A stretch of DNA of 64,000 nt from an uncultured Lachnospiraceae bacterium. GTDB lineage: Bacteria > Bacillota > Clostridia > Lachnospirales > Lachnospiraceae. Both the position numbers and the translations under genes were made by a program. The stretch covers positions 3,224 through 67,223 of the forward strand of contig CANRGZ010000002.1 in assembly GCA_947630295.1 (NCBI GenBank). Reading direction: 5' to 3'. The notes under the pieces are model-generated. The model was given only the letters and a program-made list of their open reading frames with translations. It did not search any database and had not been told where the DNA came from. Shown here piece after piece: positions 37,918-46,575 of the stretch (position 1 is the stretch's first letter; each line of letters opens with the position of its first letter).

Positions 37918-39034
37918 TACAACACTGCGGGATTCACAATCCACCACGGTAGAACCCGTAGTACCTGAGAAGTTTGATCTGGATGCTTATGCTGCTTATG
38001 AAGCATCTATGGGGGAGCGGCAGGAAGCCTTTCTGCAGGGCGACGCGTCCCTTTTGGTATACAGAAGAGTCCGTGCGGACGGCGTATTTTACGATAAGTG
38101 CAGAGATTACAGGGAGTCTCTGGCGCTGCAGCTGGGGGCACTTCAGACCAGTATGCAGTATAAGGCGGATATCGCCAATTTTCTGGAACCCTGGTACGGG
38201 ATCGGGTATATTGCCTCCTGTTTCGGGGCGGAATACAAATGGCTGCCGGGACAGGCGCCGGCGGTAGAACCCCTGTTTCACAGCGCGCAGGAAGTGCTGG
38301 ATGCGGACAGGAAGCCCATTCATGAAACGCCGGCGGGGAAACATATTCTGGAAATGGAAGAGTATTTCCTGGAGAAAACCAAAGGAAAACTGCCGATTTC
38401 ATTTTGCGATGTGCAGTCGCCCTTAAACATGCTTTCCTATTTGCTGCCGATCACAGATCTGTTTATTGAGGTCTATGACGATCCGGAGGCGCTGCAGCAG
38501 GCGGCGGAACTGGTGACTTCGCTGCTGCTGGAATTTCTGCAGAAGCAGAAAGCGCTGCTGGGACCGGCACTGGCCTTGCCGGGACACGGCTTTGCCAGCA
38601 GTACCCGATTTCAGGGACTGGGCATGAGCGATGACAATTCGATTATGCTCAGCGCAGAGGATTATCTGGATCTGTTTGCGCCTTCCGACACGAAGGCGGG
38701 AGACCCGTTCGGCGGATTTGTTTATCATTCCTGCGGAAACTGGACGCCGAAGGTTCCGATGGTACACAGCATTTCCGGTATCGCGGCGGCAGACGGCGCG
38801 TTTTCTCTGCAGACGGATCCGGATCCCAACGATCCGGAGGCGTTTGCCAAAGCATTTTCCGGCAAGGGCCTCGTGCTGAACGCCCGGGTTGTGGGTGATC
38901 GGAAGGAGGATGTCGCCGCAGTCTTTCAGACGCTGGCAGCCGGCGGACAAAAGGTGATTGCGGTGACCTATTGTAAGGATCCGAAGGAACAGGAAGCCTT
39001 GTATGATATTTTGCACGGAGGAATCAGGGCATGA
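37901..39034 (+). CDS. URO-D / MT2 (MtaA-CmuA-like) superfamily protein
   Basis: 377-aa ORF with FVYHSCGNW (an HxCG zinc-motif-like element of MT2 methyltransferases/URO-D, by recall). The start is uncertain: TTG 37901 overlaps the exonuclease gene. Confidence 0.45.
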   Translation: MEKEFDTTLRDSQSTTVEPVVPEKFDLDAYAAYEASMGERQEAFLQGDASLLVYRRVRADGVFYDKCRDYRESLALQLGALQTSMQYKADIANFLEPWYGIGYIASCFGAEYKWLPGQAPAVEPLFHSAQEVLDADRKPIHETPAGKHILEMEEYFLEKTKGKLPISFCDVQSPLNMLSYLLPITDLFIEVYDDPEALQQAAELVTSLLLEFLQKQKALLGPALALPGHGFASSTRFQGLGMSDDNSIMLSAEDYLDLFAPSDTKAGDPFGGFVYHSCGNWTPKVPMVHSISGIAAADGAFSLQTDPDPNDPEAFAKAFSGKGLVLNARVVGDRKEDVAAVFQTLAAGGQKVIAVTYCKDPKEQEALYDILHGGIRA

Positions 39035-40050
39035 AATACGACATTACCTTTCACCCCAGCTGGTGGCACAAAAATGCCGGCGTGGATTTTACGGAAGAAT
39101 TTTTTGAAAACCCCAGGTACCGTATGGAATGTGACGTGCGGATGCGTAAGGTGCTGTATGAAAATTTCGGCGCTTACGGGATCGGTGAAAAGGATCCGAA
39201 AGAACGGCCGATTTTGGGGTCCGATCTGATTGCTTCGGGGTATTTTCACTCCGCGCTGGCGGGCTGTGAAATCATTTACAGCAAGGATAATGCACCCCAG
39301 GTTAAATGCATGGAACTGGATGAGGAAGATCTGGAAGATTTTTCCATCGGAGATTACAAACAGCATCCCCTGTACCGCAACATGGTGGAGCAGGTGGCAT
39401 ACCTGAAAGAAAAATTCGGGTATATCTGTCCGGCGGTGAACCTGATGGGCATCCAGAATATTGCCATGGACCTTATGGGACAGAATCTGTTTCTGGCGTA
39501 TTACACGGAGCCGGAGCTGGTAAAGAAGCTGCTGGCGGAAATTACGGATATGAGCATCGATCTGGGCCGGTACTGGAAATTATTGTCGCCGCAGATTTCC
39601 GGCGGCGTAACGGCGATTGTCAAACAGACGGTGCCGGACTGTTATCTGACGTCCAACTGTTCGGTAGAAATGATTTCCAATGATTTATATGAATCCTTTC
39701 TTCTGGACTGCGACCGGCGGCTGGCGAAAGCCTTCCCCTGTTTCGGCATCCATCACTGCGGACAGACTATGGAACATGTGGCGGAAGGATACGCGAAAGT
39801 GAAGCCGCTGGCGTTTGCCGAAGTGGGGGCCGGATCCGATATTGCGGCGGTGCGCAGCGCCCTGCCCGACGTCTTTTTGAATGCGCGGTTTTCTCCGGTC
39901 AGATTGAAGGAGCTTTCCGAAACGGAAATCACGGAAAAAACGAAAGAGCTGCTGCGAGCCTGCGATCAGAACATGTCGGTTTCCTGTGTGGGGATTGACG
40001 TTGACGTAGATCATGCAAAAATATGTGCGTTTTTAACAGCTTGTATGTGA
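39031..40050 (+). CDS. URO-D / MT2 superfamily protein, paralogue-like partner
   Basis: 339-aa ORF with FGIHHCGQT (HxCG). It has a 4-bp overlap with the upstream gene. Confidence 0.45.
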   Translation: MKYDITFHPSWWHKNAGVDFTEEFFENPRYRMECDVRMRKVLYENFGAYGIGEKDPKERPILGSDLIASGYFHSALAGCEIIYSKDNAPQVKCMELDEEDLEDFSIGDYKQHPLYRNMVEQVAYLKEKFGYICPAVNLMGIQNIAMDLMGQNLFLAYYTEPELVKKLLAEITDMSIDLGRYWKLLSPQISGGVTAIVKQTVPDCYLTSNCSVEMISNDLYESFLLDCDRRLAKAFPCFGIHHCGQTMEHVAEGYAKVKPLAFAEVGAGSDIAAVRSALPDVFLNARFSPVRLKELSETEITEKTKELLRACDQNMSVSCVGIDVDVDHAKICAFLTACM

Positions 40051-40066
40051 TAGACAAAAAAAACGG

Positions 40067-40095
40067 TTTACAAATACAAGACTATGTTATACAAT
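40067..40095 (+). promoter_or_regulatory. Sigma-A type promoter of the recombinase-like gene
   Basis: TTTACA (40067-40072), a 17-nt spacer, then TACAAT (40090-40095). Confidence 0.5.
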
Positions 40096-40133
40096 GAAAA
40101 AAATATTTGTTGCAAAAAACAGGAGGTATGAAT

Positions 40134-40880
40134 ATGAATTGGGTGGCACCGATCAGAGATGAAGAAACACTGAATGCATTTCGGAAAGCACTGAGACGGT
40201 ATGGAGACAAATATTATATTATGTTCGAAATCGGTATCGGTACAGGAATGCAGCTGATGGATATCCTGAAGCTTCACATTGGCGATATCCGTGACAAGGA
40301 TGGTCTGACAGGTTATATCGGCGTACATAGATACCCTGTGGAAATGACGTTTTCCGATGAACTGAAAGAAATCATTGCCGAATATGTCAAAGACAAAAGT
40401 GACGACGATGTGCTGGTGACCGGTTTTGAAAAGTCCAAGGCAATGGTATCCCGAGAGCAGGTTTACCGTGTCTTCAAGAGCGCAGGCCGGGAAGTAGGAC
40501 TTTCTTCCATCGGCGCACAGACGATGCGGAAGACGTTTGCATGGAATCACTACAAAGAGCACAACGATATTCAGTATCTTCAGGAACTCTTTTCTCATGC
40601 AACGCCGTCAATTACGTATCGGTTTATCGGTGAAAAGCCGAATCTGGAAATCGTTTTCAAAAAACAGACGGCAGAAGAAAATTCTCTTTCCAGAAGACTG
40701 CTTTACAAAGACCGGAGCGGTGAGAAGCGGATTGATGCGATTATCGATCTGATGACGGAAATCAAGGAAGGTCTCAATGATCCTGTGAATCCGGACATTT
40801 ATTACGGTCAGGTAGATACACTGCTGAAGGAACTGGAATCGGTTATCAACAACTACAAGAGCGAAAGAGACGCGATGTAA
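40134..40880 (+). CDS. Tyrosine-recombinase-like catalytic-domain protein lacking an N-terminal core-binding domain; catalytic residues apparently degenerate
   Basis: Start at ATG 40134, 7 nt after AGGAGG. GIGTGMQLMDILKLHIGDI aligns by eye with the TG-x-R box (Arg to Gln), and AQTMRKTFAW aligns with HxxR (His to Gln). LFSHATPSITYRFIG retains His and Tyr. An extra C-terminal region of about 80 aa is present. Confidence 0.5.
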   Translation: MNWVAPIRDEETLNAFRKALRRYGDKYYIMFEIGIGTGMQLMDILKLHIGDIRDKDGLTGYIGVHRYPVEMTFSDELKEIIAEYVKDKSDDDVLVTGFEKSKAMVSREQVYRVFKSAGREVGLSSIGAQTMRKTFAWNHYKEHNDIQYLQELFSHATPSITYRFIGEKPNLEIVFKKQTAEENSLSRRLLYKDRSGEKRIDAIIDLMTEIKEGLNDPVNPDIYYGQVDTLLKELESVINNYKSERDAM

Positions 40881-40883
40881 CAT

Positions 40884-41531
40884 ATGCGGCTTAGAAATAT
40901 CAAAGGTTCCCGGGAAACCATTGCGGCCAGTCCATATGCCGTCTGTGAAGAAGCGCTTGCGGCTTACAAAGGCAGATGGCGGACACGATTTGGCGGCAGA
41001 CGGCTTTTCGTGGAAATTGGTATGGGAAAAGGCCGGTTTATCATGGAGCTTGCCAGAAGGAATCCGCAGGATCTGTTTATCGGGATTGAAAAATATTCCA
41101 GCGTTCTGCTTCGGGCAATCCAGAAACAGGAGACGGAGCAGCTGCCCAATCTGATTCTGGTACGCATGGACGCGGAAAAGATTGCGGACGCCTTTGCGGA
41201 AGGCGAGATCGACGGAATTTATCTGAATTTCTCCGATCCCTGGCCCAAGGACAGGCATGCGCACCGACGGCTGACTTCCGGCAGATTTCTGGAGCGGTAC
41301 CGGCCGCTGCTGGGAAGGGATGCAGTCATTGAATTTAAGACAGACAATGCAGCGCTGTTTCAGTTTTCCCTGGAGCAAATCGCGGAAAGCGGATGGAAGC
41401 TGCTGTACTCTACCGAGGATCTGCATCGGGATGCACGGCTCATGGAACAGAACATCATGACAGAGTATGAGGAAAAGTTTTCTTCCCTCGGACATCCCAT
41501 TTATAAATGTGCATTTACACGGAAGGATTAA
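40884..41531 (+). CDS. trmB: tRNA (guanine46-N7)-methyltransferase
   Basis: 215-aa ORF with EIGMGKGRF (SAM motif), NFSDPWPK and HRRL motifs. Confidence 0.9.
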   Translation: MRLRNIKGSRETIAASPYAVCEEALAAYKGRWRTRFGGRRLFVEIGMGKGRFIMELARRNPQDLFIGIEKYSSVLLRAIQKQETEQLPNLILVRMDAEKIADAFAEGEIDGIYLNFSDPWPKDRHAHRRLTSGRFLERYRPLLGRDAVIEFKTDNAALFQFSLEQIAESGWKLLYSTEDLHRDARLMEQNIMTEYEEKFSSLGHPIYKCAFTRKD

Positions 41532-42904
41532 AACATACGGCGAACAGGTTTATAGAACCGGTTCGCCGTGTTTTTTCGTTTATATTTTCCTTCCAGCAGG
41601 ACATAGAGCAGTGTATAGACGGCCATGATGCCGGAAACGAAGGGGGCGATTTTACCCAGCATCCGCAGGTCGTCTGCAAAGTGACGTCCGGCATACCAGA
41701 CCAGCGGAATCCGCAGGAACAAGGCGCCAAAGGAGCTGCTTAACATGGTCCACAGGGTTTTCTGTTTGCCGTTCAGATAGCCGTTCAGGCAGAACACAAA
41801 GGTCACCATGACATAATCAAAGCTGCAGGAACGAAAGAAAGGGATACCGGCAGCAATGATGTCCTTGTCGTCGGAAAAAACGCCGATCATGGACGCGGGG
41901 GAAACCTGTGCCCAGATCAGAAAGCAGGCTGCAATGGAAAGGGCGATGCCCAGACCGTACCAGAGGGATTTCCGGGCCCGGGCCGGTTTGCCGGCGCCGA
42001 TATTCTGTGCCGTGATCGCGGCCAGCGCGCCTGCCATTGCAGTGGCGGGCAGCATGGCAAAGACATCGTATTTGCTGCTGATGCCCACAACGGCCGCAGC
42101 GGCCACGCCGCAATGGTTCATCACGGCCATCAGATACAGGAAAGAAATCCGGATCAACAGTTCCTGAAACGAAATCGGAATGCCGGTGACGGCCAGCTCC
42201 TTTGCAATGGAGAGCACCGGCCGGAAGCTTTTCAGACGAAAATCAAAGATAAATTTTTTGATTTTCAGATAAGCCACTGCGGAAAACATGCTGATGCCCT
42301 GAGAAATAATGGTGGCCAGGGCAGTTCCTGCCACATCCAGCCGAAAGAATTTTACAAAAATATAATCCAGCACAATGTTGATGATACAGGCGAGACCCAC
42401 AAAAAGCATGGGCCGGACGGAATCGCCGTAGCCCCGTAAGATAGCGCTGATGGCGTTGTAGCCGCAGATAAAGAAAATGCCGAGACTGCAGATCTGTACA
42501 TATGTGACTGTCAGCGCAAAGGAAGGCGCCGGTGTCTGCAGCAGCCGCAGCAGCGGTTCTTTGACCAGCAGCATTACCGCAGTCAGCAGCAGGGCAAAAC
42601 CCGCAAACAGGGTCAGGGTGGTGCCGATGGTCTCTTTGACCCGTTTCATGTCCTGCTTGCCGGTGTACTGGCCAATCAAAATCGTACTGCCAAGAGTAAA
42701 GCCGGTGATCAGGCTGGTAATGATCTGTGTCACCTGGGTGCCGGTGGAAACGGCAGCCACGCTTTCCGCACTGCAGAATTTGCCGATGACAAACAAATCC
42801 ACCGCCCCGTAGAGGGACTGCAGGATATTTGCAACAAAAAAGGGAAATGCAAATTTCAGAAGGACTTTCAGAATGCTGCCTTCTGTAATGTTCAGTGATT
42901 TCAT
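41528..42904 (-). CDS. MATE-family efflux transporter
   Basis: 458-aa 12-TM-like ORF. Its N-terminus ILKVLLKFAFPFFVANILQSLYGAVDLFVIG is typical of the MATE family. Confidence 0.85.
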   Translation of the reverse strand: MKSLNITEGSILKVLLKFAFPFFVANILQSLYGAVDLFVIGKFCSAESVAAVSTGTQVTQIITSLITGFTLGSTILIGQYTGKQDMKRVKETIGTTLTLFAGFALLLTAVMLLVKEPLLRLLQTPAPSFALTVTYVQICSLGIFFICGYNAISAILRGYGDSVRPMLFVGLACIINIVLDYIFVKFFRLDVAGTALATIISQGISMFSAVAYLKIKKFIFDFRLKSFRPVLSIAKELAVTGIPISFQELLIRISFLYLMAVMNHCGVAAAAVVGISSKYDVFAMLPATAMAGALAAITAQNIGAGKPARARKSLWYGLGIALSIAACFLIWAQVSPASMIGVFSDDKDIIAAGIPFFRSCSFDYVMVTFVFCLNGYLNGKQKTLWTMLSSSFGALFLRIPLVWYAGRHFADDLRMLGKIAPFVSGIMAVYTLLYVLLEGKYKRKNTANRFYKPVRRMF

Positions 42905-43221
42905 AGACCGATCCTTTGTATGATACGTTTCAAACCATGCCGTTTGGCAATCATTGTATCACAAAGCCGCGAAAGATTGTAGCTTTTTCTTTTCTGTTTT
43001 GGCAGAATATAAGCCGGTGCCTGCATATACTGATAAAAACGGAAAAAAGAGAAGCATAATGGGAGGGAAAATGGAACGGAATCTGCATCGAAAGATCTGG
43101 CGGTGCAAACAAAATCCCCTGTTTCACCGGCTGTGCGCCTGTCTGAAGGAAGCCAACCGGGCATTGAATCAGAAAAAGTGCGGAAAAAAGAGGAAAAAGA
43201 ACAAAGAAATATAAAAAAAGC

Positions 43222-43250
43222 TTGCATTTTATAATGGCTTGAGATATAAT
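43222..43250 (+). promoter_or_regulatory. Sigma-A type promoter of the tRNA-Lys/tRNA-Pro unit
   Basis: TTGCAT (43222-43227), a 17-nt spacer, then TATAAT (43245-43250). Confidence 0.6.
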
Positions 43251-43287
43251 AAATTTCGCGTCGAACAAAACGCTGAATTTAATACAT

Positions 43288-43360
43288 GCTTCTCTAGCTC
43301 ATTTGGTAGAGCACCTGACTCTTAATCAGGGTGTGCACGGTTCGAGCCCGTGGAGGAGCA
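43288..43360 (+). tRNA. tRNA-Lys (anticodon CTT)
   Basis: GCTTCTCTAGCTCATTTGGTAGAGCACCTGACTCTTAATCAGGGTGTGCACGGTTCGAGCCCGTGGAGGAGCA folds as a cloverleaf. It has acceptor GCTTCTC/GAGGAGC, anticodon loop CT-CTT-AA and T-arm CACGG-TTCGAGC-CCGTG. Confidence 0.9.
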
Positions 43361-43419
43361 CTAAAGCACTGATTTTGGAGACGGACGAGCTTTGGGGTTG
43401 GTGCTTTCTTTTTCAAAAG

Positions 43420-43493
43420 CGATGCGTGGCTCAGTTTGGTAGAGCGCTGCGTTCGGGACGCAGAGGTCGCAGGTTCAAATCCTGTCGCATCGA
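43420..43493 (+). tRNA. tRNA-Pro (anticodon CGG)
   Basis: CGATGCGTGGCTCAGTTTGGTAGAGCGCTGCGTTCGGGACGCAGAGGTCGCAGGTTCAAATCCTGTCGCATCGA folds as a cloverleaf. It has acceptor CGATGCG/CGCATCG, anticodon loop TT-CGG-GA and T-loop TTCAAAT. Confidence 0.9.
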
Positions 43494-43587
43494 TGATACG
43501 CCGGCAATCCGTACGCGGATTGCCGACGATGCTTTTCGGATTATTTATGCGGTCATAGCCGCAGAGAAAAATATAAGGAGGCGGATC

Positions 43588-43998
43588 ATGAAAAAAGACG
43601 ACTGCATTTTCTGTAAAATCGCAAACGGTGAAATTCCTTCTTCAACGCTGTATGAGGACGGGGATTTCAGAGTGGTGCTGGATATCGGACCGGCCACAAA
43701 AGGCCACGCGCTGATCCTGCCGAAGGAGCATTTCGAAAATCTTTATGAACTGGACGACGCAGTGGCATCTAAGGCGCTGGTGCTGGCCAAAAAGATGGCC
43801 TGCCGGATGAAAGAGGCACTGCATTGTACCGGTTTCAACCTGGTACAGAACAACGGCGCAGCAGCGGGACAGACCGTGATGCATTTTCATATGCATCTGA
43901 TTCCCCGTTATGACGACAACGCGCTGCCGCTGTGGAAGCCCCAGGAACTGGATCCGGAGGATGCCGCGGCGCTGGTATCTCTGATCCGCCAGCCGTAA
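43588..43998 (+). CDS. HIT-family (histidine triad) nucleotide hydrolase
   Basis: Start at ATG 43588, preceded by AAGGAGG. It carries the CIFCKI zinc-motif and the HFHMHLIP histidine triad. The upstream part of the 231-aa ORF runs through two tRNA genes and is discarded. Confidence 0.88.
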   Translation: MKKDDCIFCKIANGEIPSSTLYEDGDFRVVLDIGPATKGHALILPKEHFENLYELDDAVASKALVLAKKMACRMKEALHCTGFNLVQNNGAAAGQTVMHFHMHLIPRYDDNALPLWKPQELDPEDAAALVSLIRQP

Positions 43999-44018
43999 GC
44001 GCCGGAAAAACAGGACAG

Positions 44019-44061
44019 AAAAAAACGGAAACTTTCTGAAAACAGAAAGCTTCCGTTTTTT
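44019..44061. terminator. Bidirectional terminator shared by HIT gene (+) and murG (-)
   Basis: 13-position stem CGGAAACTTTCTG (44026-44038) / CAGAAAGCTTCCG (44043-44055) with one mismatch. It is flanked by an A-run at 44019-44025 and a T-run from 44056. Confidence 0.7.
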
Positions 44062-45127
44062 ATTTTTTACAAAGGGCTTCGATTTCATCCGTAATGATCG
44101 TAATAGCGTCAGCGGCTTTTGCCTGGGCCATTTGCTGTATGTAGAAGTCACGGTTTTGATAAAGGTCATCGATGGTTTGAAGCAGCAGTTCCGGGGTCAG
44201 CTCCTCTTCTTCGATCACCTTGGAGAAGTTCTGCTTTTCAAAGGAGCGGGCGTTGAGAATCTGGTCGCCCCGGCTGGCGTTTTTCGAAAGCGGAATCAGA
44301 ATATTGGGCTTTTTGAGCGCCAGAAATTCACAGATGGCATTGGCCCCTGCACGGGACAGGATGATCTGGGCGGCGGCAAACAGATCCGGCAGCTCCTCGG
44401 AAATATATTCAAACTGCCGGTATCCCGGAATATGATCATAATCTGGATCGCATTTTTCTTTGCCGCAGAGGTGAATGACCTGATAGCGCGTTGTCAGCTG
44501 CGGCAGAATGTTTCGAACTGCCTCATTGATCTTTACGGAACCAAGGCTGCCGCCCATGACCAGAATCACCGGCTTGTCATCCCCAAATCCGCACAGCTGC
44601 AGCGCTTTGGCGGCGTCGCCGTTTCGCAGTTCACTGCGGATGGGCGTACCGCTCAGTACGGCCTTGCCGGCCGGCAGACAGGCAAGGGTTTCCGGAAAAT
44701 TACAGCAGAAGCGGGAGGCAAAACGGCCGCAGATTTTATTGGCAAGGCCCGGGGTCAGATCCGATTCGTGGAGAATCGCCGGAATGTGCAGGAAATGCGC
44801 GGCCATAACCACCGGAACGGAGACAAAGCCGCCTTTGGAAAAAACCACGTCCGGCTTTTGCTGTTTTAAGATCCGCAGGGCCTGCCCGTAACCTTTGATG
44901 ACGCGAAAGGGATCCGTAAAATTGCGGAGGTTGAAATATCGCCGCAGTTTTCCGCAGGCAATGGGATAATAGGGAATCCCCTCTTTTTCTATCAGGCCGC
45001 GTTCCATGCCGTCTGTGGAACCGATATAATTAATTTCATAACCCAGCGCTTTCAAGCGGGGGAGCAAAGCAATATTTGGCGTCACGTGGCCGGCGGTGCC
45101 GCCGCCTGTCAGTACAATTCGTTTCAT
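44060..45127 (-). CDS. murG: UDP-GlcNAc:lipid I N-acetylglucosaminyltransferase MurG
   Basis: 355-aa ORF starting MKRIVLTGGGTAGHVTPNIAL, with the GGSLG motif (VMGGSLGS). Confidence 0.93.
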   Translation of the reverse strand: MKRIVLTGGGTAGHVTPNIALLPRLKALGYEINYIGSTDGMERGLIEKEGIPYYPIACGKLRRYFNLRNFTDPFRVIKGYGQALRILKQQKPDVVFSKGGFVSVPVVMAAHFLHIPAILHESDLTPGLANKICGRFASRFCCNFPETLACLPAGKAVLSGTPIRSELRNGDAAKALQLCGFGDDKPVILVMGGSLGSVKINEAVRNILPQLTTRYQVIHLCGKEKCDPDYDHIPGYRQFEYISEELPDLFAAAQIILSRAGANAICEFLALKKPNILIPLSKNASRGDQILNARSFEKQNFSKVIEEEELTPELLLQTIDDLYQNRDFYIQQMAQAKAADAITIITDEIEALCKK

Positions 45128-45194
45128 GCCGGACTCCTTTCAACCATATACAGAGATTTTACAACGAAGTCTGTAAAATAGCAAGCCGAAGCCC

Positions 45195-46478
45195 TTATTT
45201 GATCTGAAAAGAAGCCAGCACCAGCAGCCAGTTGGCGCGGAACAGGCGCATCAGCTGCCAGTAACCGATGCCGTTGAATCCGTATTGCTGCACTAAGTTA
45301 TATTTTGCCGTGAAGCTGCGCACGTCTTCGAACCAGACCACATGCCCCGCGTCCCGCACCGGGGAATCCAGATCCGTATAATAGAAAAACGGGGATTGGG
45401 CAGAGTCATCATAGGAAATATCCGCGCCGTTTTCCCACGCGATGGAGACAGCTTGGGCGTTGCCGATGGAAGTCGCTTTTGTCTCCCCTCTGATATAGGG
45501 CAGGGGCCAGTCATAGCCGTAATTGGGGATGCCCATATTGATTTTGGAAGGGTCGATTTTGGATACCGCATAATCCAGCACACGAATGACATTGGGCAGA
45601 GGCGCCACGGCCATGGGCGGGCCATAGGTATAGCCCCATTCATAGGTCATTAAAAGAACCTTGTTTGCGGCATTGCCCAAGCCTTCGTAATCGACGCCTT
45701 CATACAGGGTGCCTGGCTGATCGTCGGAAACCTTGGGCGGCAGGGCCACGGTGACCTGAAAACCTTCTTCATTCAGCGCAGCTGTGAGACGTTCCACAAA
45801 ACGGACATATCGTGTGCGATCTTCCGGCAGCACATATTCAAAATCCACATCAACGCCGGTATAGCCTTTGGCAGACATGGTTTCAATCAGTTCTGAGATG
45901 ATGCGTGTCTGGGCTTCATCACTGATCAGAAGGCTGTGGCTGAGTTCGTTGGAGAAGACGCCGGAAGCATTCAGCGCCGTGAGTACGAGAACCGGATCTA
46001 CATAAAAAGCTTTTGCGGCGCTGATGAGTTCGGCATCATCTGTTGGGATCAACGCGCCTTCCGGGGTAAACCCGTAGGAAAAGATATACAGAGAACTTAA
46101 GTAAAGCAGCGTTTCGTAGAGGATATCTCTGGCAATGTAAGGATAGGCATAACCATTAATATCTGCAGAAAAGACGGGGTCGTCGTCACAGGAGAGGATA
46201 ATGGTTTCGCCGGCCTGCAGATAGGAATCGAAGACAAGGTACGGATTGTGACGCAAAATGTTCTTTTCCGTGGTATTGTTTGCCGCGGCAATGGAGGAGA
46301 GCGTGTCTCCGGGCGCCACGGTGTAGGTGGAATTGGGGATGCAGATGATCAGCGCTTCGCCCACCACCAGATTCCTTTCGCTGATCTGGTTGTCATAAGA
46401 CAGCCTTTCGGGGGATACGCCGAAGCGGTCTGCCACGGCGTTTACGGTGTCGCCTTCTTTGACAAGGTATATTTCCAT
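45195..46478 (-). CDS. LysM-LysM-GH18 spore peptidoglycan hydrolase (YaaH/SleL-like)
   Basis: It has two N-terminal LysM repeats (YLVKEGDTVNAVADRFGVS, YTVAPGDTLSSIAAANNTT). The GH18 catalytic motif is GVDVDFEY. Confidence 0.8.
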   Translation of the reverse strand: MEIYLVKEGDTVNAVADRFGVSPERLSYDNQISERNLVVGEALIICIPNSTYTVAPGDTLSSIAAANNTTEKNILRHNPYLVFDSYLQAGETIILSCDDDPVFSADINGYAYPYIARDILYETLLYLSSLYIFSYGFTPEGALIPTDDAELISAAKAFYVDPVLVLTALNASGVFSNELSHSLLISDEAQTRIISELIETMSAKGYTGVDVDFEYVLPEDRTRYVRFVERLTAALNEEGFQVTVALPPKVSDDQPGTLYEGVDYEGLGNAANKVLLMTYEWGYTYGPPMAVAPLPNVIRVLDYAVSKIDPSKINMGIPNYGYDWPLPYIRGETKATSIGNAQAVSIAWENGADISYDDSAQSPFFYYTDLDSPVRDAGHVVWFEDVRSFTAKYNLVQQYGFNGIGYWQLMRLFRANWLLVLASFQIK

Positions 46479-46525
46479 GGAAACATCCGTTTTTTATTAC
46501 TATATGATGAAAGCTTTGGGGAAAT

Positions 46526-46556
46526 GAAAAAAGACGGTCCATTTTTCAATGGACCG
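46526..46556 (-). terminator. Rho-independent terminator after hydA
   Basis: Stem GGTCCAT (46536-46542) / ATGGACC (46549-46555), followed in minus sense by GTCTTTTTTC. Confidence 0.6.
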
Positions 46557-46575
46557 CCTTTGCATAAAACGCAGA

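Noticed and set aside
43071-43214. Possible 47-aa Lys/Cys-rich small protein (MERNLHRKIWRCKQNPLFHRLCACLKEANRALNQKKCGKKRKKNKEI) upstream of the tRNA promoter
   Set aside because: The GGGAGGG is only 3 nt from the ATG. I found no terminator and cannot assess conservation. The region is also the 5' flank of the divergent MATE gene. There is too little support to call a gene.
43303-43587. N-terminal 95 codons of the 231-aa ORF leading into the HIT gene
   Set aside because: This stretch reads straight through the tRNA-Lys and tRNA-Pro genes. The HIT protein starts at the internal ATG 43588, which has a good RBS.
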